From: Camelus dromedarius
Lineage: Eukaryota
Assembly (NCBI RefSeq): GCF_036321535.1
Contig: NC_087437.1
Coordinates: 63,366,001-63,430,000 of the forward strand
DNA length: 64,000 nucleotides
Direction: 5' to 3'
The notes under the pieces were generated by a model. It was not told where the DNA came from. It saw nothing but the letters and a program-made list of their open reading frames with translations, and made no database searches. This document shows, in pieces, positions 63,501-64,000 of the stretch. Position 1 is the first letter of the stretch, and each line of letters opens with the position of its first letter. Position numbers and translations under genes: made by a program.

Positions 63501-64000
63501 AAAAGTAAATTTTAATGTCTTTTGTGTGATTAATTTTGAGTCCAGTTCACACCACAGGTGAACAGCAAGCGGAGTCAATCAGGTTATTTGTTGAGGGCTT
63601 ACTGGGCACCAGACTCTGTGCTTGGTAAGGACACCATCCTGCCCTCCAGGAGCCAACGATCTAGTTCGGGAGATGACACACGCACAGAGAGGTACGAGGG
63701 AAGTGCTAGATGTAAATGGCCAGAGGACAGCTTGGGGAGAGCACATGAATAAATGCCTCCTACACTGGTTGTCAAGCCAAAGATAGACATTCAAGCCCTT
63801 CCACCTTCCCCCCAACCCACCACTTCTCCCTTCCCAGGGTATAACTGACATTTGAGTGTTTCCTTGGAGGACGGCACTTTACACGGATTAACTCCTTTGC
63901 CCCTTCTGATGACCCTGTGTGGTGAGCTCTGTTAGTGTCCCTGTATTTCAGATGAGAAAATAGAAGGACAGAGATGCTGGGAGACATAGGCTCGGTCACT

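Noticed and set aside
46200..64000. MYLK coding exons or another gene among the many 60-146 aa ORFs
   Set aside because: No Ig-domain, kinase or other recognisable peptide and no phase-compatible exon chain found; consistent with large 5' introns.
1..64000. CRISPR arrays, operons, phage or other prokaryotic systems
   Set aside because: No regularly spaced repeat-spacer arrays or dense ORF packing; the sequence is intron-rich mammalian DNA.

Overview
Mammalian genomic DNA, probably camelid: it carries tRNA-Ala-derived vic-1-like SINEs and young L1 3' ends. The + strand holds the last seven coding exons and 3' UTR of CCDC14 (142-~23250). A CpG island at ~45.2-46.2 kb is read as the long-isoform MYLK promoter and non-coding exon 1, with a probable non-coding exon 2 at 52394-52456. 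That call rests on recalled CCDC14-MYLK synteny and recalled 5'UTR sequence; no MYLK coding sequence is in the window. Most of the rest is L1, L2, MIR, MER and MLT repeats. The most notable unexplained structure is a chain of about ten exon-shaped, largely phase-compatible, mostly open reading segments on the minus strand between ~44.6 kb and ~28.5 kb. They carry scattered stops and frameshifts and look like a decayed multi-exon protein-coding gene (candidate unitary pseudogene), head-to-head with MYLK and tail-to-tail with CCDC14. I could not assign it to a family. Smaller oddities include a diverged copy of the CCDC14 C-terminal motif ~1 kb downstream, several short local duplications, micro-retroinsertions with target-site duplications (TSDs), and a tandem octamer pair in the promoter. 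No prokaryotic-type systems were seen.
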